Of a stretch of DNA of 64,000 nucleotides, positions 28,171 through 41,160 are shown in pieces. The notes under the pieces are model-generated. The model saw nothing but the letters and a program-made list of their open reading frames with translations. It did not search any database and was not told the DNA's origin. The stretch is from Okamejei kenojei (Eukaryota). The stretch spans positions 10,726,001-10,790,000 of the forward strand of contig CM069174.1 in the NCBI GenBank assembly GCA_035221665.1, written 5' to 3'. The position numbers and the translations under genes are program-made. Position 1 is the first letter of the stretch. Each line of letters begins with the position of its first letter.

Positions 28171-28367
28171 ATGATACCACTTTTGAAGTAACCCTTGAAG
28201 ATCTCCGACTCGTGCCCTTGCACTTCTCGATGCTGCTCTGGACTTCCATCGAGATAGTCATCCAACTGCATGGTGTTGATTGCAGCTGCGCCCTGCTCAT
28301 CCTGCGATGACTCCAACCCAATCCAGTAATGGATGTCACGCTTGAAACCACTGGCAACATTCTGTGT
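28171..28367 (-). CDS. AVIL: Advillin coding exon 3
   Basis: [55 protein letters not shown]. Confidence 0.96.
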
Positions 28368-28424
28368 CTACATGATAGACGAGAAGATTAGATTTCCAAC
28401 TCGAACAACCAGTTAGATTTCCAT

Positions 28425-28800
28425 CATGTACTGACCTCCTCACCATCGAAGGGAACCGCCTCGAAAGAGCAGTCAGCATCAACAAAGACCCATCCACACC
28501 ACCCTCTCATTTCACTGCTGCCATCCAGAAGGTGATATAGAAGTCCGAAAACCATGACATCCAGGTTCAGGAACAGCTTCTTCCCAATGATCATCCAGCT
28601 ATAGAACACTACAAACACTAAAAATTTCAAACTACAAACAGTCTTGGTTGCACTAGGGACTTTGAGCTTTTGTTTTGTGTTATATTGGGTTTTTTTTATT
28701 GAACTCCTTTTTTTTTGTCTATTATGTTATCTGCTGCAAGTACAAATCTCATTGTTCAGTTTTGGTGCATATGACAATGAAACACGACTCTTGACGACTA
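28425..28800 (+). mobile_element. Degraded Rex1/Babar-like LINE 3' end
   Basis: aaagacccatccacacc...ctgctgccatcc...aggttcaggaacagcttcttccc pattern (KDP.HP..LLPS..R.RNSFFP). Confidence 0.55.
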
Positions 28801-29660
28801 AAGTATTTTTTTAGGACCATTATAGATAAAATGATATAAAGCTATGCAAGGAGATACAAGGGCATGTGACTGAAAAGGTTGGTCAAAGAGGCAGGTTTGA
28901 GGAACATCTTTTGGGGAAAAAGAAAGGAGGAAGAGAGGGTGAATGAGAGAATTTTGAAGCTTAGGTCGTTAAAACTTGGAGGCATAGGCCCCAGTGCTGC
29001 AGTGATTGAATTCAGGCATGCCAGAAAATGTGGTTGCAGAGATTTCCAAACTATAGGAGCTTAAGGCTATTTTAGAGATTGAGAGGTGCAAGGCAATGGA
29101 GGGATTTGATAATGAGGGCGGAAATACAACCGTCACATAGGTTACATACAGAGTGCTGTGAAACCAATACAATACTTAGTCAGGGACTGTCTGAATGGGA
29201 CAACACAGACATAGCTTTATTGTGCAGTCATCTTTTTTTAAATTTTAATTTAAGAAACATTTTGTTGGGATCTGGGTATAATATTTATGCAGAGCAGGAA
29301 GGAATTTACTCTGTCTCATCTATGTTATCCATGCTCCGGAACTTTTAACTGAGCCTTGAAGATGGAGCTTTACTCTGCATCCAACCCATGTTTTAAGTTC
29401 CCACCATTTGCCTTTAATGTACAAGTATTCCAAGCTTTAAAGCCGTTTAATTTTTTCTACTGAAATGAAAGGAAATATTTTTATTTCTTAAATACAGAAT
29501 GGCAAATACACGATTTGAACAAAATCCAATGTGCTGTCCCTGCACATTTTTCATTCTCCATCACTAACTTTTATTGCATTAATAGGCATAAAAAGCCAAC
29601 TCTAAAACAGGTCTATTTGGTTAATTCCATTTCTAATGTTGAGAAACCAGATCAACTTAC

Positions 29661-29735
29661 CGCCAGAAGGATGTAACAATCACCATTAAAAAAATTGCCA
29701 TAAACCTTCTGAGGGACAGGCACCAATTCCAGTTT
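29661..29735 (-). CDS. AVIL: Advillin coding exon 2
   Basis: KLELVPVPQKVYGNFFNGDCYILLA. Confidence 0.95.
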
Positions 29736-30686
29736 CTGATAAAATTAAATAGGTCAGTATTAACAGAGAAAAGGTAATAATGAAATACAAGACTATTAAA
29801 AAAAGATGCTCAATGCCAGTATTTTATGAAGCTTGAAAGCAATAAGGGTGCAGTTGGTTTTACATATGTAGATCAACTATTGGTGAAAAAAGCTTTAACT
29901 TTGCATTACGGTCTCCTAATCCCTAAACAAGCCTCCGCACATATTTGTTCTCCATTGCGTGCCAGGTACCAGCATATGCATTTTAAACCACCCTTCTGAA
30001 ATTTGACACCATTGATCTCATGTTCCTTGTTGCATGCACGAAGACCAAGTATCACGGGAATTCAGCAAATCATTTTTCAGCAAAACCCAATTTACAGATT
30101 GATTCTGGCACAAATCCCATTTACATTTGTCTGAAATTAGACAATAGACAATAGATGCACGAGTCGGCCATTCGGCCCTTTGAGCCAACACCGCCGTTCA
30201 ATGTGATCACGGCTGATCGTCCACAATCAGTACCCCGTTCCTGCCTTCTCCCCATATCCCCTGACTCCGCTATTTATAAGAGCCCTATCTAGCTCTCTCT
30301 TGAAAGCATCCAGAGAACCGCCCTCAGAGGCAGAGCATTCCACAGACTCACCATTCTCTGTGAGAAAAAGTGTTTCCTTGTCTCCGTTCTAAATGGCTGA
30401 CTCCTTATTCTTAAACTGTGGCCCCTGGTTCTGGACTCCAACATCGGGAACATGTTTCCTGCCTCTAGCGCGTCCAAGCCCTTAACCATGTTTCAATGAG
30501 ATCCCCTCATCCTTCTAAATTGTTATTACATTTATGCTAGACTTACAAGTGCTAACTGAAGTTGCAGTGCTTGGAGGTTGAGGGGGGGGGGGGGGGGGGG
30601 GGGGGAGGGGAAGACAGAAAGCATAATGGGGAAGTCAACTCCCTTCATTTGTTTACAGACCTCTTGGACTCAATGTGCTAACTCAC

Positions 30687-30752
30687 CTCAATTCTCCAGA
30701 TCAGGATTCCAGGAGTGTCGGTGATAACTTTGAAAACAGTTTCCAATGACAT
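30687..30752 (-). CDS. AVIL: Advillin coding exon 1 (ATG at 30752; acceptor at 30765)
   Basis: MSLETVFKVITDTPGILIWRIE; the 19 exons join in phase to 2454 nt (817 aa plus stop); six gelsolin domains plus headpiece; convergent with TSFM as in human. Confidence 0.93.
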
Positions 30753-31527
30753 GATGAGTCGGATTCTGCAAATCAACAATTTTTCCTACAGAAAGAAACA
30801 ATGCAGGCCGAGCAGGATTACTAACCCTGAATGAAAGCATTTCTGGAGGTTTGACAACATAATCTGTGTCCCACTGCCCCATCACCTGTGTATAAATCTG
30901 TCATTTGTCCTTATCTAACTGCGCGATTCATCACTCTCGGCCAAACTATCTTTTCTCCGATTTCAATATTTTATATCTAAGAGTTTAAAGAAAATTCAAA
31001 GCTATTACATTTTTTTGTCCTCATGAATTTCCGCCTAGATTGCTCACAGGAATATCCTGGAGATCAATATTAAATTCCTAGAACACGGTAGGAACCCGAC
31101 AAAGAACTGAAACAGTTAAATGAAGCTCAAAAAAAGGCAAAGTACTAGAGAAAGGCAACGGGTTCGACAGCATCTCAGGACAACATGGGTAGGTGACATT
31201 TCAGGTCGGAACCCTATATGGCTTCTTTTTGAAGAGTGAACGTTCCCTTAACCTTACCCACAACATCCCTATTTCCCTAGGGGAGTATTTTAACAATTAT
31301 ATTGGATATATTACACAGCATTCAAACTTCACCAGATATTTTGAAAAACCATTGTGCACATGCAGGTGATTTGTTTTCTCTCCAACGATTGATTATTAGA
31401 TGAACCAAGGCATTAGCTGTCCCGCTTTGCACTCTTCTGAAACAATTGCCAGCTTGTTTTCCTCACGTACCCAATGCACTTCCCAGTAGAAATGAAAACT
31501 GAAAAGGTTATTATAAAAACACGTTAC

Positions 31528-31740
31528 CTCAAATGATTTGCTGTAGATCACAGGTCAAAATTCGGCTGCAGCCTGGAATGAGAGGAAAGCAGAAGGAAGA
31601 GACAGACACAGATACACTTGCAGGCAACTGCAATCCAACATCAAATGTCATTGATCCAGCAGTTCTGGGCGTTGCCATGTATTTGCATCTGCTGGATCTA
31701 TAAGGGAGGGAACAAAAGAATCTATTAATTCAAACACACG
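31528..31740 (-). promoter_or_regulatory. Putative AVIL 5' non-coding exon and promoter
   Basis: GAG|GTAACG donor at 31527; octamer ATTTGCAT at 31681-31688; TATA-like CTTATAGA on minus strand near 31700. Confidence 0.4.
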
Positions 31741-32422
31741 TAAGTCTGACCAACTGCAAGGCCATTGATTTATCTTGCTCACTGAGCTCCCACAGCATTA
31801 CTTGCAGGTAATCAGGTGGTTGGTTGCTGCCTGTCCTTTGAAGGCCACTGGTTGTCAAAGAACAAGCTGCTGGTGGTTGGGGGGGGGGGGGGGGGGGGGG
31901 GGGGGGAGAGAAAAAGAGGAATTGTTAGTGCTTTGGGTTAACACAAGGGAGAGGGAGATGGAGAGGGAGACGGGCTGATAAGCGTATGTGGACGAAGGGA
32001 TGGGCAGATAGAGCAAGGTGGGGGAGGGAAGGAAGTGAAAGACAGAGACAGGTGGAGGCAAACAATGAAAAAAGGGGAAAAAAAAGGTTGCTGAAGGGGA
32101 GGTTGAAGCTGATGACGGCTCTTGATAAGCAGGGGTACAAAGGCTACCAGTGCTGATAAGCAAGGAAGGCAAAAATGGGAACCATTAGGGGAAGGTAAAA
32201 AAGGTAGATGGAACCGGGGGGGGGGGAAAGAAGAGGGTTTTTTGTAGGTGAAATGTATGGGTTTTAGTTTATGTTCCCTCCCCTCTCACTTCTTTATGCT
32301 GTCATCTTCCCTCCACACTACGAGTCCTGATGCAGGGTCTCAACCCAAAACTTGACCAGGACATATCCAAGTGCTCATTATGCCTCCTGCCATCTGCAGA
32401 TCAATAGCTGTAGTACATTGTT

Positions 32423-32633
32423 TAAGAAGGAACTGCAGATGCTGGAAAATCGGAGGTAGGCAAAAGTGCTGGAGAAACTCAGCGGGTGAGGCACCATCTA
32501 TGGAGCGAAGGAAATAGGCAACGTTTCGGGTCGAGACCCTTCAGTCTGAAGAAGGGTTAGGGCCCGAAACGTTGCCCATTTCCTTCGCTCCATAGATGCT
32601 GCCTCACCCGCTGAGTTTCTCCAGCATTTTTGT
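32423..32633. mobile_element. Inverted pair of Penelope-derived short repeats
   Basis: gctggagaaactcagcgggtgaggc...gcctcacccgctgagtttctccagc forms a foldback. Confidence 0.75.
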
Positions 32634-33950
32634 CGTGCTGTAGTACATTGTTCTGTAGTATACCTGGCCAGTTTAAACACATTTACAAATCTGTAGCAAA
32701 GTTTCAGCAGACATATTAACCATAGGAGTGGTACAGCTAGTAGAACTGCTGCCCCACAGCTCCAGAGATCTGGATTTGATCATGACTTCGGGTGCCATCA
32801 ATGTGATTTTGCACGTTCTCCCCATGACCACGCAAGCTCCCACATCCTAAAGGCGTACAGGTTTCTAGGTTAATTGGCCTCAGTAAAATTGCCCCTTGTG
32901 TGTAGGGAGTGGATGATAAGTGGGTTAACATAGAACTCGTGTGAACGGGTGATCGATGGTCAGTGTGGCCTTAGTGGGCCGTAGGGCCTGTTTCCATGCT
33001 GCATTTCCAAAACCAAATGAACAAAGCAAATTTATAGAAACAAGGAAGCGCAGATGCCGGTTTACAAAGAAAGACAAAATGCTGGAGTAGCTCAGTGGGT
33101 CGGGCAACATCAATGGAGAACATGGACGGGTGACATTTTGGGTCAGAATGATTGTAGCGGGGGGGGGCGGGGGGCGAGGAAGTGAAAAGAAAGCTGGAAG
33201 AGATGAGGATCAGGACAAAGTCTGGTAAGAGGTTGTTCTGATAGGTAAATGGTTAGATAAAGGCCAGAGATGTAAAATAAAACAAAAGGTGGTGCGAGAC
33301 AAAAGGATTGAAGAGTTGTGAATTGTGTAGTTAGTGGAAGGAATGCAAGTGGAAGGGCGAATTATGAAGCTGGAGAAGCAAATTTATATTTACATTCCGT
33401 GCCTAGGCTGTTATTGTGGCCTCATTATCATATCCACATGCATCTGCACTGTGACTCAATGGCAGTGTCATTGTGCACAGTGCAAAGCCTTGTTAGTCTT
33501 GGCGTTAGACCACAAGACACGGGATCGGAATTTGGTCCATCGAGTCGAGTCTGCCATTCAATCGCGGCTCATCTATTTTTCCCCTCTCAACCTAATTCTC
33601 TTGTCTTCTCAAAGTGACCTTTGACGCACTTACTAATCAAGAATCTATCAATCTCTGCTTTAAAAGTACCCAATGTCTTGTGCTCCACAGCCACTGGTGC
33701 CAACAAATCCCACAGATTCACCACCGCCTGGCAAAAGAAATTCCTCCTTATCTCCATTCTAAAAGACAGGTCCTTTTATTCCCTCAATGGTTTCTTTATT
33801 ATCACATGTACCAGGATACAGTAAAATATTTTTGCATATAGGTCAGCAGGTCTATGCCCTCTGGTTCCAGACTCTCCCATTACTGGAAACATGCTTTCCA
33901 CATCCACTCTATCTAGGCCTTTCATTGTCCAGTAGGTCCATGAGATCTTC

Positions 33951-33981
<31 letters not shown>

Positions 33982-35972
33982 CCCCACAAGACATAGCGTT
34001 CAGTCCATTGAGGCCACTTCAACATTCAAGCATGACTGATCTATTTTTCCTTCTCAACACCATTCTCCTGCCTTCGCCCTGTAACCTTTGACACCCTTCT
34101 TAATCGAGAACCTATCAATCTCCGCCTTAAAAATACCCAATATCTTGGCCTCCATAGCCATCTGTGGCAATGAATTCCACAGATTCACCACCCTCTGGCT
34201 AAAGAAATTCCTCCTCATTTTGAAGGTCCGTCCTTTTAGTCTGATTTCCTTCATACTTCTAAAATCCAGCAAGGTCAGGCCCAGAGTCATCAAATGCTCC
34301 TCTTACGTTAACTTCCTCTGGACCCTCTCCAACACCGGCACATCCCTCCTCAGAAACGAGGCCATAAATCTGCTCACATATTCCCAAATGTGGCCTCACC
34401 AGCACCTTCTAAACCCTCAGCATTACATCCTTGCTTTCATATTCTAGTCCCCTCATAATGAATGTTAGCATTGCACGCACACACTTCCTCCGTCTGCTGG
34501 GGCAAAATCCTGCGGACGTTTATCAGCACCATGTTCAAAAATAGAACAGTCGTTCATTCATGGTCTGCACTACTTCCAAAGAAAAGTGCCCACCACCACC
34601 CTTGCAAAGGTCAATCCAGCACAAGAAATGTCATCAACATTTACAACTGGGTCGTGAAGTGAAAGTTAAACATGTCATTCTAAATTGCATTTGCAAACAC
34701 TCAATGCAAAGGTGCTCGGCACCCTTTTATAGTATTGCTCATTTATGCAAATTTTTTACCAGCAGCTTGCCATTTACTTTGACAGGCAAATACACCATCA
34801 GTACCATTTTTTTAAACCCATCACCCATTCCAAGCAAACTTGAACCATGAATTAAAACAAATGAAGATAGAGACACACACAAAGCTGGAGTAACTCAGCG
34901 GTGCAGGCAGCATCTCTGGAGAGAAGGAATGGGTGGCATTTCAGGTCAGAACCCAAAACATCACCCATTCCTTCTCTCCAGAGATGCTGCCTGTACCGCT
35001 GAGTTATTCCAGCATTTTGTGTCTATCTTATGTGTCAACCAGCATCTGCAGTTCCTTCCTACACAATTAAAACAAATGATCCAGCCAGGTACCCAGGAGC
35101 TGAAACCCCAGACATACCTGGTCTTTGAAGAATTCTGGAACATCCATCAGAAGTTTTCAGAGTACGGTTGTGTTGTTTTGATTTTCAGTCGTGCTCAATT
35201 CCAAAACAGAGCTCATGAAGAAGGGTTTTGGCCTGAAACGTTGCCCATCTCCTTCGCTCCTTAGATGCTGCTGCACCCGCTGAGTTTCTCCAGCCTTTTG
35301 TGTACCATCACCAACGTTCAATTTGGGTTTCTATAGAACAATGCACCATAGGGTACAGGATAAAAAGCAAGAAACAGAGAGATAAAAAGGACTATTTGCA
35401 CTACTTCTCAATGACAAAAGCCGACACACCAAGCATATTGAGGAAGTGCTGCACTGAGTTAATGGGATGATAAAGCAAAGCTTAGACTGCCCTCTCAGGT
35501 GATCTCCAATAATGCTATGGCATTATTTTTGAAAAATTAAATTATCAGTGGTATCCTGGCCAATATTTATCTCCAAATCAAAAACATATTTGCTTGGTGG
35601 GAGCATGCTATGCTTAAAACTGGCTGCAATTCCCACATTTAGAGAAAATTGGCAAGAGCTGAAAAAGTTTGGGAAGTACAAGGTTGTAAAAGATACTCAT
35701 AAATGCTGGTTCTTTTTGAGCTGTAGAATTCAATACCACAGTTAATCGTTGAAAAAAGTTATCCCTATTACATTGGATAGGTGGATGACAGTGATGGGGA
35801 AAAATAGCAGCAATTATAACTACCTGTTTGGACAAAGGTAAACGCCAAGAGAGTAGTTGCTTTGAATGGAAGATAAACACAAGAAGCTGGAGCAACTCAG
35901 CAGGTCAGGCAGCATCTCTGGATAAAAGGAATAGATACTGTTTCGGGTCGAGACCCTTCTTCAGATTGTCAT

Positions 35973-37585
35973 CACGTGTTCTCTGGCTGCCGAGGGAACA
36001 GAAGAGGAACTGAAAATATATCAAAGCGAGGAGTCAAACTCAGTTTCATTCTTTCCTTGCCCATCTTGCTGGAGTCTAGTTGCACAGGCAACATTTGACT
36101 TCAGTGGTTGACCTACATGGGAACTTGGAATATGCTGGCATGCTATTCAATTGGAATATCATCAGACCCCAGCCAACACAAAACTACCTCAACCACATAT
36201 ACTTTCCAGGTGTGGTTCAAATAGGGTTCAGGCCGATTACCCAAAAGGGCTTTCCATAATCTGGGACTGGCAACACACTACTTGATAGTCCATTTATTTG
36301 AAAAGCTAAGATCCACGGAGGCTTTAGTAATCCTTTCTTTCAGGAGATGAAATATTGCATCAAAAAGCATCCAGTTACTTTGCTACACTGAAGTATTTGT
36401 TGAGAACAAGAACACACACACAGAACATAATTAGTACTGTTCCTCAGTTCCCATCCCAGAGCCCATTTAAATAGTTTCCAAGTCATTTTCTGCAAGATCT
36501 TCCACTATTGGCTGGTTACAGATTTGATGGTACAGTCACAGTGAACCTGGGCAAGCACCATTACACAATATGTCAGGCATTCTTCTTGCTGGACAGAACC
36601 ATGGAAAATCCAAAATGGTAGAATACACAACCATCTTTGGAGATGCAATAAAGACCATCTCCTGACACAAGTCATCGAGAATAGACTAAGTTAAACTAAC
36701 AGCCTATCCTGGATTACTTGAATCAGGCAATAGCCAGACCCCAATTTCAAAATAATCCAGCTCTTCACTGGTTGAAAATTATTATTATTATTTTTTTTTT
36801 TCAAAAGGACTACTGGAGTAAAACAGTCCAGCCATTCCCTCAAAGACAGAAGCAAAATAGTATTTTGAAAATACTATTTTGACAGGAATCAGTAGTTTTA
36901 ACATCTACTAGATGGGGAGGGGGGGGGGAGTGGTCTGTATGGAGATGGATTTGCAAACTGCTACAGGGCTGCATCTTCTACTGGATGAGTACGTAGCATT
37001 TCCCTATTCGTCTCACCTAGTCCACTAGAGCCCCAACAATCAGGGCAGGTTCAAGCCAGGCAGAGCTGGGTGCACACAGCAGACTCACTTACCAAGCTAA
37101 TCTCGCTTGCTCTCACTCCCATCACATTATTGTTTCTGTGATCCTCTCTCACATACCATTCTCGTCATTTTCAAGTTACAAACAGTTCTCAGGAAAGGAA
37201 TCCTTTTGTAATCCAGGGACTGCCTGTGTTGTGAAGAGAGACCTCTCTGGGGAAAAACAGATGAATTCTGCTTCAAAATGTTACAATTCCTTTTAGTGAT
37301 AGTTTAGCTTGCTACTTGGGCAAAGTACCAGTCTTTAAAAGCCGACCAATACCATCAGAGCATGAAGGAATTATGAAAATGGGGAGTAAGAGAAAGGTGT
37401 ACTTGCCAAATGATGTGCCACTTTCTTTTGAGGTGACCGGTCGTCAAAACCTTGCAACAACCGGCTGATATTCCAAGTGTAGCAGCAACAGAAAAGAGCA
37501 CCAAAGGTATTCATGCCATGAGATTTGGTCGCCAACAGGTTGCATTTGAAGTCTGCACATAACCAACAAGGAAGCTTGGAAAATC
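35973..37585 (-). pseudogene. CTDSP2: Eroded CTDSP2-like (small CTD phosphatase) gene hosting miR-26
   Basis: Exon 37407-37585 reads KSHGMNTFGALFCCC (cf. KPRGRNIFKALFCCF); about 36380-36546 frameshifted QPIVED/LQKMTWKLFKW...SVAK (cf. RP.VDEFL..MGELFEC..SLAK); about 35973-36075 DSSKMGKE...QPENT (cf. DLSRLGRD...HPENA); no DLDET exon found; syntenic position next to AVIL. Confidence 0.6.
36653..36735 (-). ncRNA. MIR26: miR-26a-type precursor hairpin; mature 5p at 36701-36722
   Basis: Exact TTCAAGTAATCCAGGATAGGCT with complementary 3p arm TCTATTCTCGATGACTTGTGTC and paired basal stem. Confidence 0.96.
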
Positions 37586-38691
37586 CTGTATTTAAAAAAA
37601 GTCAAGTACGTTCCATATTTTTGGAGAGTAACACATACAGATTATGGACCATCAACACATACAAATAAATCTGAAATGGCTATAAAGTATCAATTCAATT
37701 AACTTTATTTTTACGTTTGGAAATTTAGTTTCAAAGTACACCTTGAGATATCCGGAAACTACAAAAAAAGATTCTTTGTTTTTGGGACAGAGGACAACAG
37801 CTATCTCCCAAGAGTCCCACCTGTCAAATTAATAACCAGTTAAAAGAGTCTCCTGAAAACCCACATGTAACTCGCATGTCTAACCATCCCACCCCTTGAC
37901 CGGCTCGTCTTTTATCCCAGAGAAGATTTTTTTTTTTTTAATCCACACTTTGTATTTACACCATCCTTAATACTGGCTCATCCCTTTGTAACAGTCCTTC
38001 TTCCTGCTGCCCCCCACTTACATTGGCAAGTGCTCCAGTTCTACTATATCAATCAGTTGCTGTTACAGCTAGAGTCCACCAGAGAGTGCATTAGATAGAG
38101 GACTGAAACCCTAGTTCACACACAGAACTGAAGCCAGAAAGAATTGCAGCTGCTTACAATCTCAGGGTCTGATTACATCAAATCCAGCTTTTCTGCTTCA
38201 AGAATCCCATTTCACCACTTAAAATGTAATCAAAGATTATAATGGAAATAAACTGTGTGATCAAAACCAGTTATTAATCCAATGTGAAGTTGCACTTCAT
38301 AAGCAGTGCTCCAGATTGCAACCAAGAAGAAAATTCATGTTTATTTTCTAAGGGCGATTCCTTTGGCATCTGACTCAAGTACCATTTTGCTTTTTTCAAA
38401 AAAAATCCCAAGTAGATTTATAAAAGACTGCAGAGCACATTTCTCAGGTTTGCGAATAGAAATAACCAATTTCTTTTGGTAAGAATAGACAAACTTTTTT
38501 TTTTTTTTTTAAATTACATCCAGTAGCGATCTTGGGAACACTTTAGGGTGAAGCTCCAAAAGAAAATGATTGTAGGCACAGGATTGTAAATTTCAGAAGT
38601 ATAAACACATCTGCAACTTGGGTTAAGAAAACTGTGCACTCTTAAAATACAGTGGCCCAATCAAACAAATTGTTCAAGACAGCCGACCTAC

Positions 38692-38790
38692 CAGTCTGAA
38701 GAAGGGTCTCGACCCGAAACGTCACCTATTCCTTTTCTCCAGAGATGCTGTCTGACCCGCTGAGTTACTCCAGCTTTTTGTGCCTATCTT
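38692..38790 (+). mobile_element. Penelope-derived short repeat with minimal hammerhead-like motif
   Basis: CTGAAGA-AGGGTCTCGACCC-GAAAC-GTC. Confidence 0.7.
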
Positions 38791-40329
38791 TAGCAATTTA
38801 ATGAATGTTCGTCTCTTCCTATGAATTGTGCTCAAATAAATTCATCCACTCTTAGCTCTCAAATCCCACAATGTAGGATGGAATTAAATTTAGCAACCGA
38901 TTTGGGATGGTTGCAACGGGCTCATACATTGGCACACATTAGATTTGCCAAAAATTAAATTTGGTATTACCCCTATTTACCCACTGGAGTCATCATGATG
39001 TTACACAGTATTTGAAACATGCACTGAGGAATGTCAGGTGTTGACAAATCCCTAGTCGATACACAAACCAACGAAACAGTTGGGTAATATGAGGATACAG
39101 TAAGCATCTATGGAGTGGATGCCACTTAATGACAGATTTCAATTGTTAAAGTTGATGACAGTCAATAATAAACACCCAATCTATAAACAGTAAATTGAGG
39201 ACCTAGTTTATAAATTTCCTCTGAATAAGGCACACTGTACTCACTTAATCCAGTCTTGGCTTGCCTCCATTTTGAAAAGCTTTTCAGAAACATAAATGTA
39301 TAAAATAGTGGCTGCAAACCCAGCCTGTTCATACACCAGAATCAAACAGTCGAAAAGTATCATTCATCCAAATGACTTTGCTCACCCCTGGCTCCCTTGC
39401 TGCCAGACAACAGACTGACAATCCACAGTAAATGAAGCAATGTTTCTGCTGGCCAGGCTCATCGGTTAAACTTGGACCGATGGACTTTGGCTCTATGATG
39501 AAGTGTTTATGCCAGAACTCCGCTGCCAGTATCATTTACCTAGCAAATATTATTCCAAGGTTGACTTTGGATAAAAGCTTGATTATCAAGGAAGGAAGGC
39601 CTATATTAATGAGAATTCATCACCAGATTCAGATAGATCTTGATTGGGGCTATTTCAATCTCAAACAGTTACTGGGATTGGAGAATTACAGAGTTATGTG
39701 GATCTTATGAGAAAAGATAGTTGTCTCGCCACTAATTTATAATATTTTTAGATCTCTGTTACAACCGCAACCCAATCCACACCTCTCAATCAATGTTGAT
39801 TCAGCTATTGATTCAATTTCAAAACATCTCTTTAAAAAAAAAAAAAAATCCCTTTATGGCTTCAATAAAGTATTTGTAAGCTTCCCAAATTGCTCCAATT
39901 TTCTAAGAACTGCACAAAATAAAAAATGCAATAAATGCTCAGGTCAGGCCACATCTGTGAAGAGAAAAAGAAAAAACTGATCTTTTAGATCATGACTTCA
40001 TTAACCAAAAACATTAATTATTTCTCTCTTCAGATACTACCTGGACTACTGGGCATTTTCAGCATTCACTTTTTAATTACAGATTTCCAACAACTACAAC
40101 TTGCGTTTCCAATAACCTATTTTGGTTGGCTTAACATCTTGCCCAAGGCTGTGCCTTCAACAGCCTACATACAGAACCAAAATACAGGTGCAGAACATAA
40201 CTAAAATTCAGGCCTAGTGTAATCTGGGTAGCAAACCTGGGACATTATTAGCCCTACAAATCAATACCACAGATGAAAGTGTATTTAGTGAACAAGCCAT
40301 TCAGCTGGTAAACCATCAATAACATTATT

Positions 40330-41160
40330 GGGTCTCTTCTATACCCGTGACTCTGCTCTCTCTCCCCATCCCCCAACTCGCAACAAGGGCAGAGTCCCCC
40401 TTATCCTCACCTTCCACCCTACCAGCCGTCATTTACAACAAATAATCCTCCCTCATTTTTGCCACCTCCAACGTGACCCCACGACTTGCCAAATCTTCCC
40501 ATCTCCTCCCATCTGCTTTCCGCAGAGACCGCTCCCTCCGTAACTCCCTGGTCAATTCGTCCCTTCCCACCCGTACTACCCCCTCTCCTGGCACTTTCCC
40601 TTGCAACCGCACTTTACCCCCCCCTCGACTCCATTCAAGGACCCAAGCAGTCTTTCCAGGTGCGGCAGAGGTTCACCTGCACCTCCTCCAAACTCATCTA
40701 TTGCATCCGCTGCTCTAGATGTCAGCTGCTCTACATCGGTGAGACCAAGCGTAGGCTTGGCGATTGTTTCGCCGAACACCTCCGCTCAGTTCGCAATAAC
40801 CAACCCAATCACCTGATGGCTCAGCACTTCAACTCCCCCTCCCATTCCGAATCTGACCTTTTTGTCCTGGGCCTCCAAGGCCAGAGTGAGAACCAGCGTA
40901 AATTGGAGCAGCACCTCATATTTTGCTTGGGCAGTTTGCACCCCAGTGGTATAAGCATTGACTTCTCTAATTTCAGGTAGTCCTTACTATCTCCTCCCTT
41001 TCTCAGCTCTCCATCAGCCCACTGGCTCCACCTCTTGCTTTCTTCTTCCCCCACCCTCACATCAGTCTGAGGAAGGGTTTCAGCCCGAAACGTTGCCCAT
41101 TTCCTTCGCTCCATAGATGCTGCCTCACCCACTGAGTTTCTCCAGAATTTATGTCTACCA
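40330..41160 (+). mobile_element. Penelope-like retroelement 3' portion with GIY-YIG endonuclease
   Basis: RVPLILTFHP...; FTCTSSKLIYCIRCSRCQLLYIGETKRRLGDCFAEH...HFNSPSH; followed by the same terminal repeat as the dispersed short copies. Confidence 0.9.

Noticed and set aside
37205-37222. gtaatccagg stretch resembling miR-26 (second copy or self-target site)
   Set aside because: No seed match and no hairpin partner; a 10-nt match is plausible by chance
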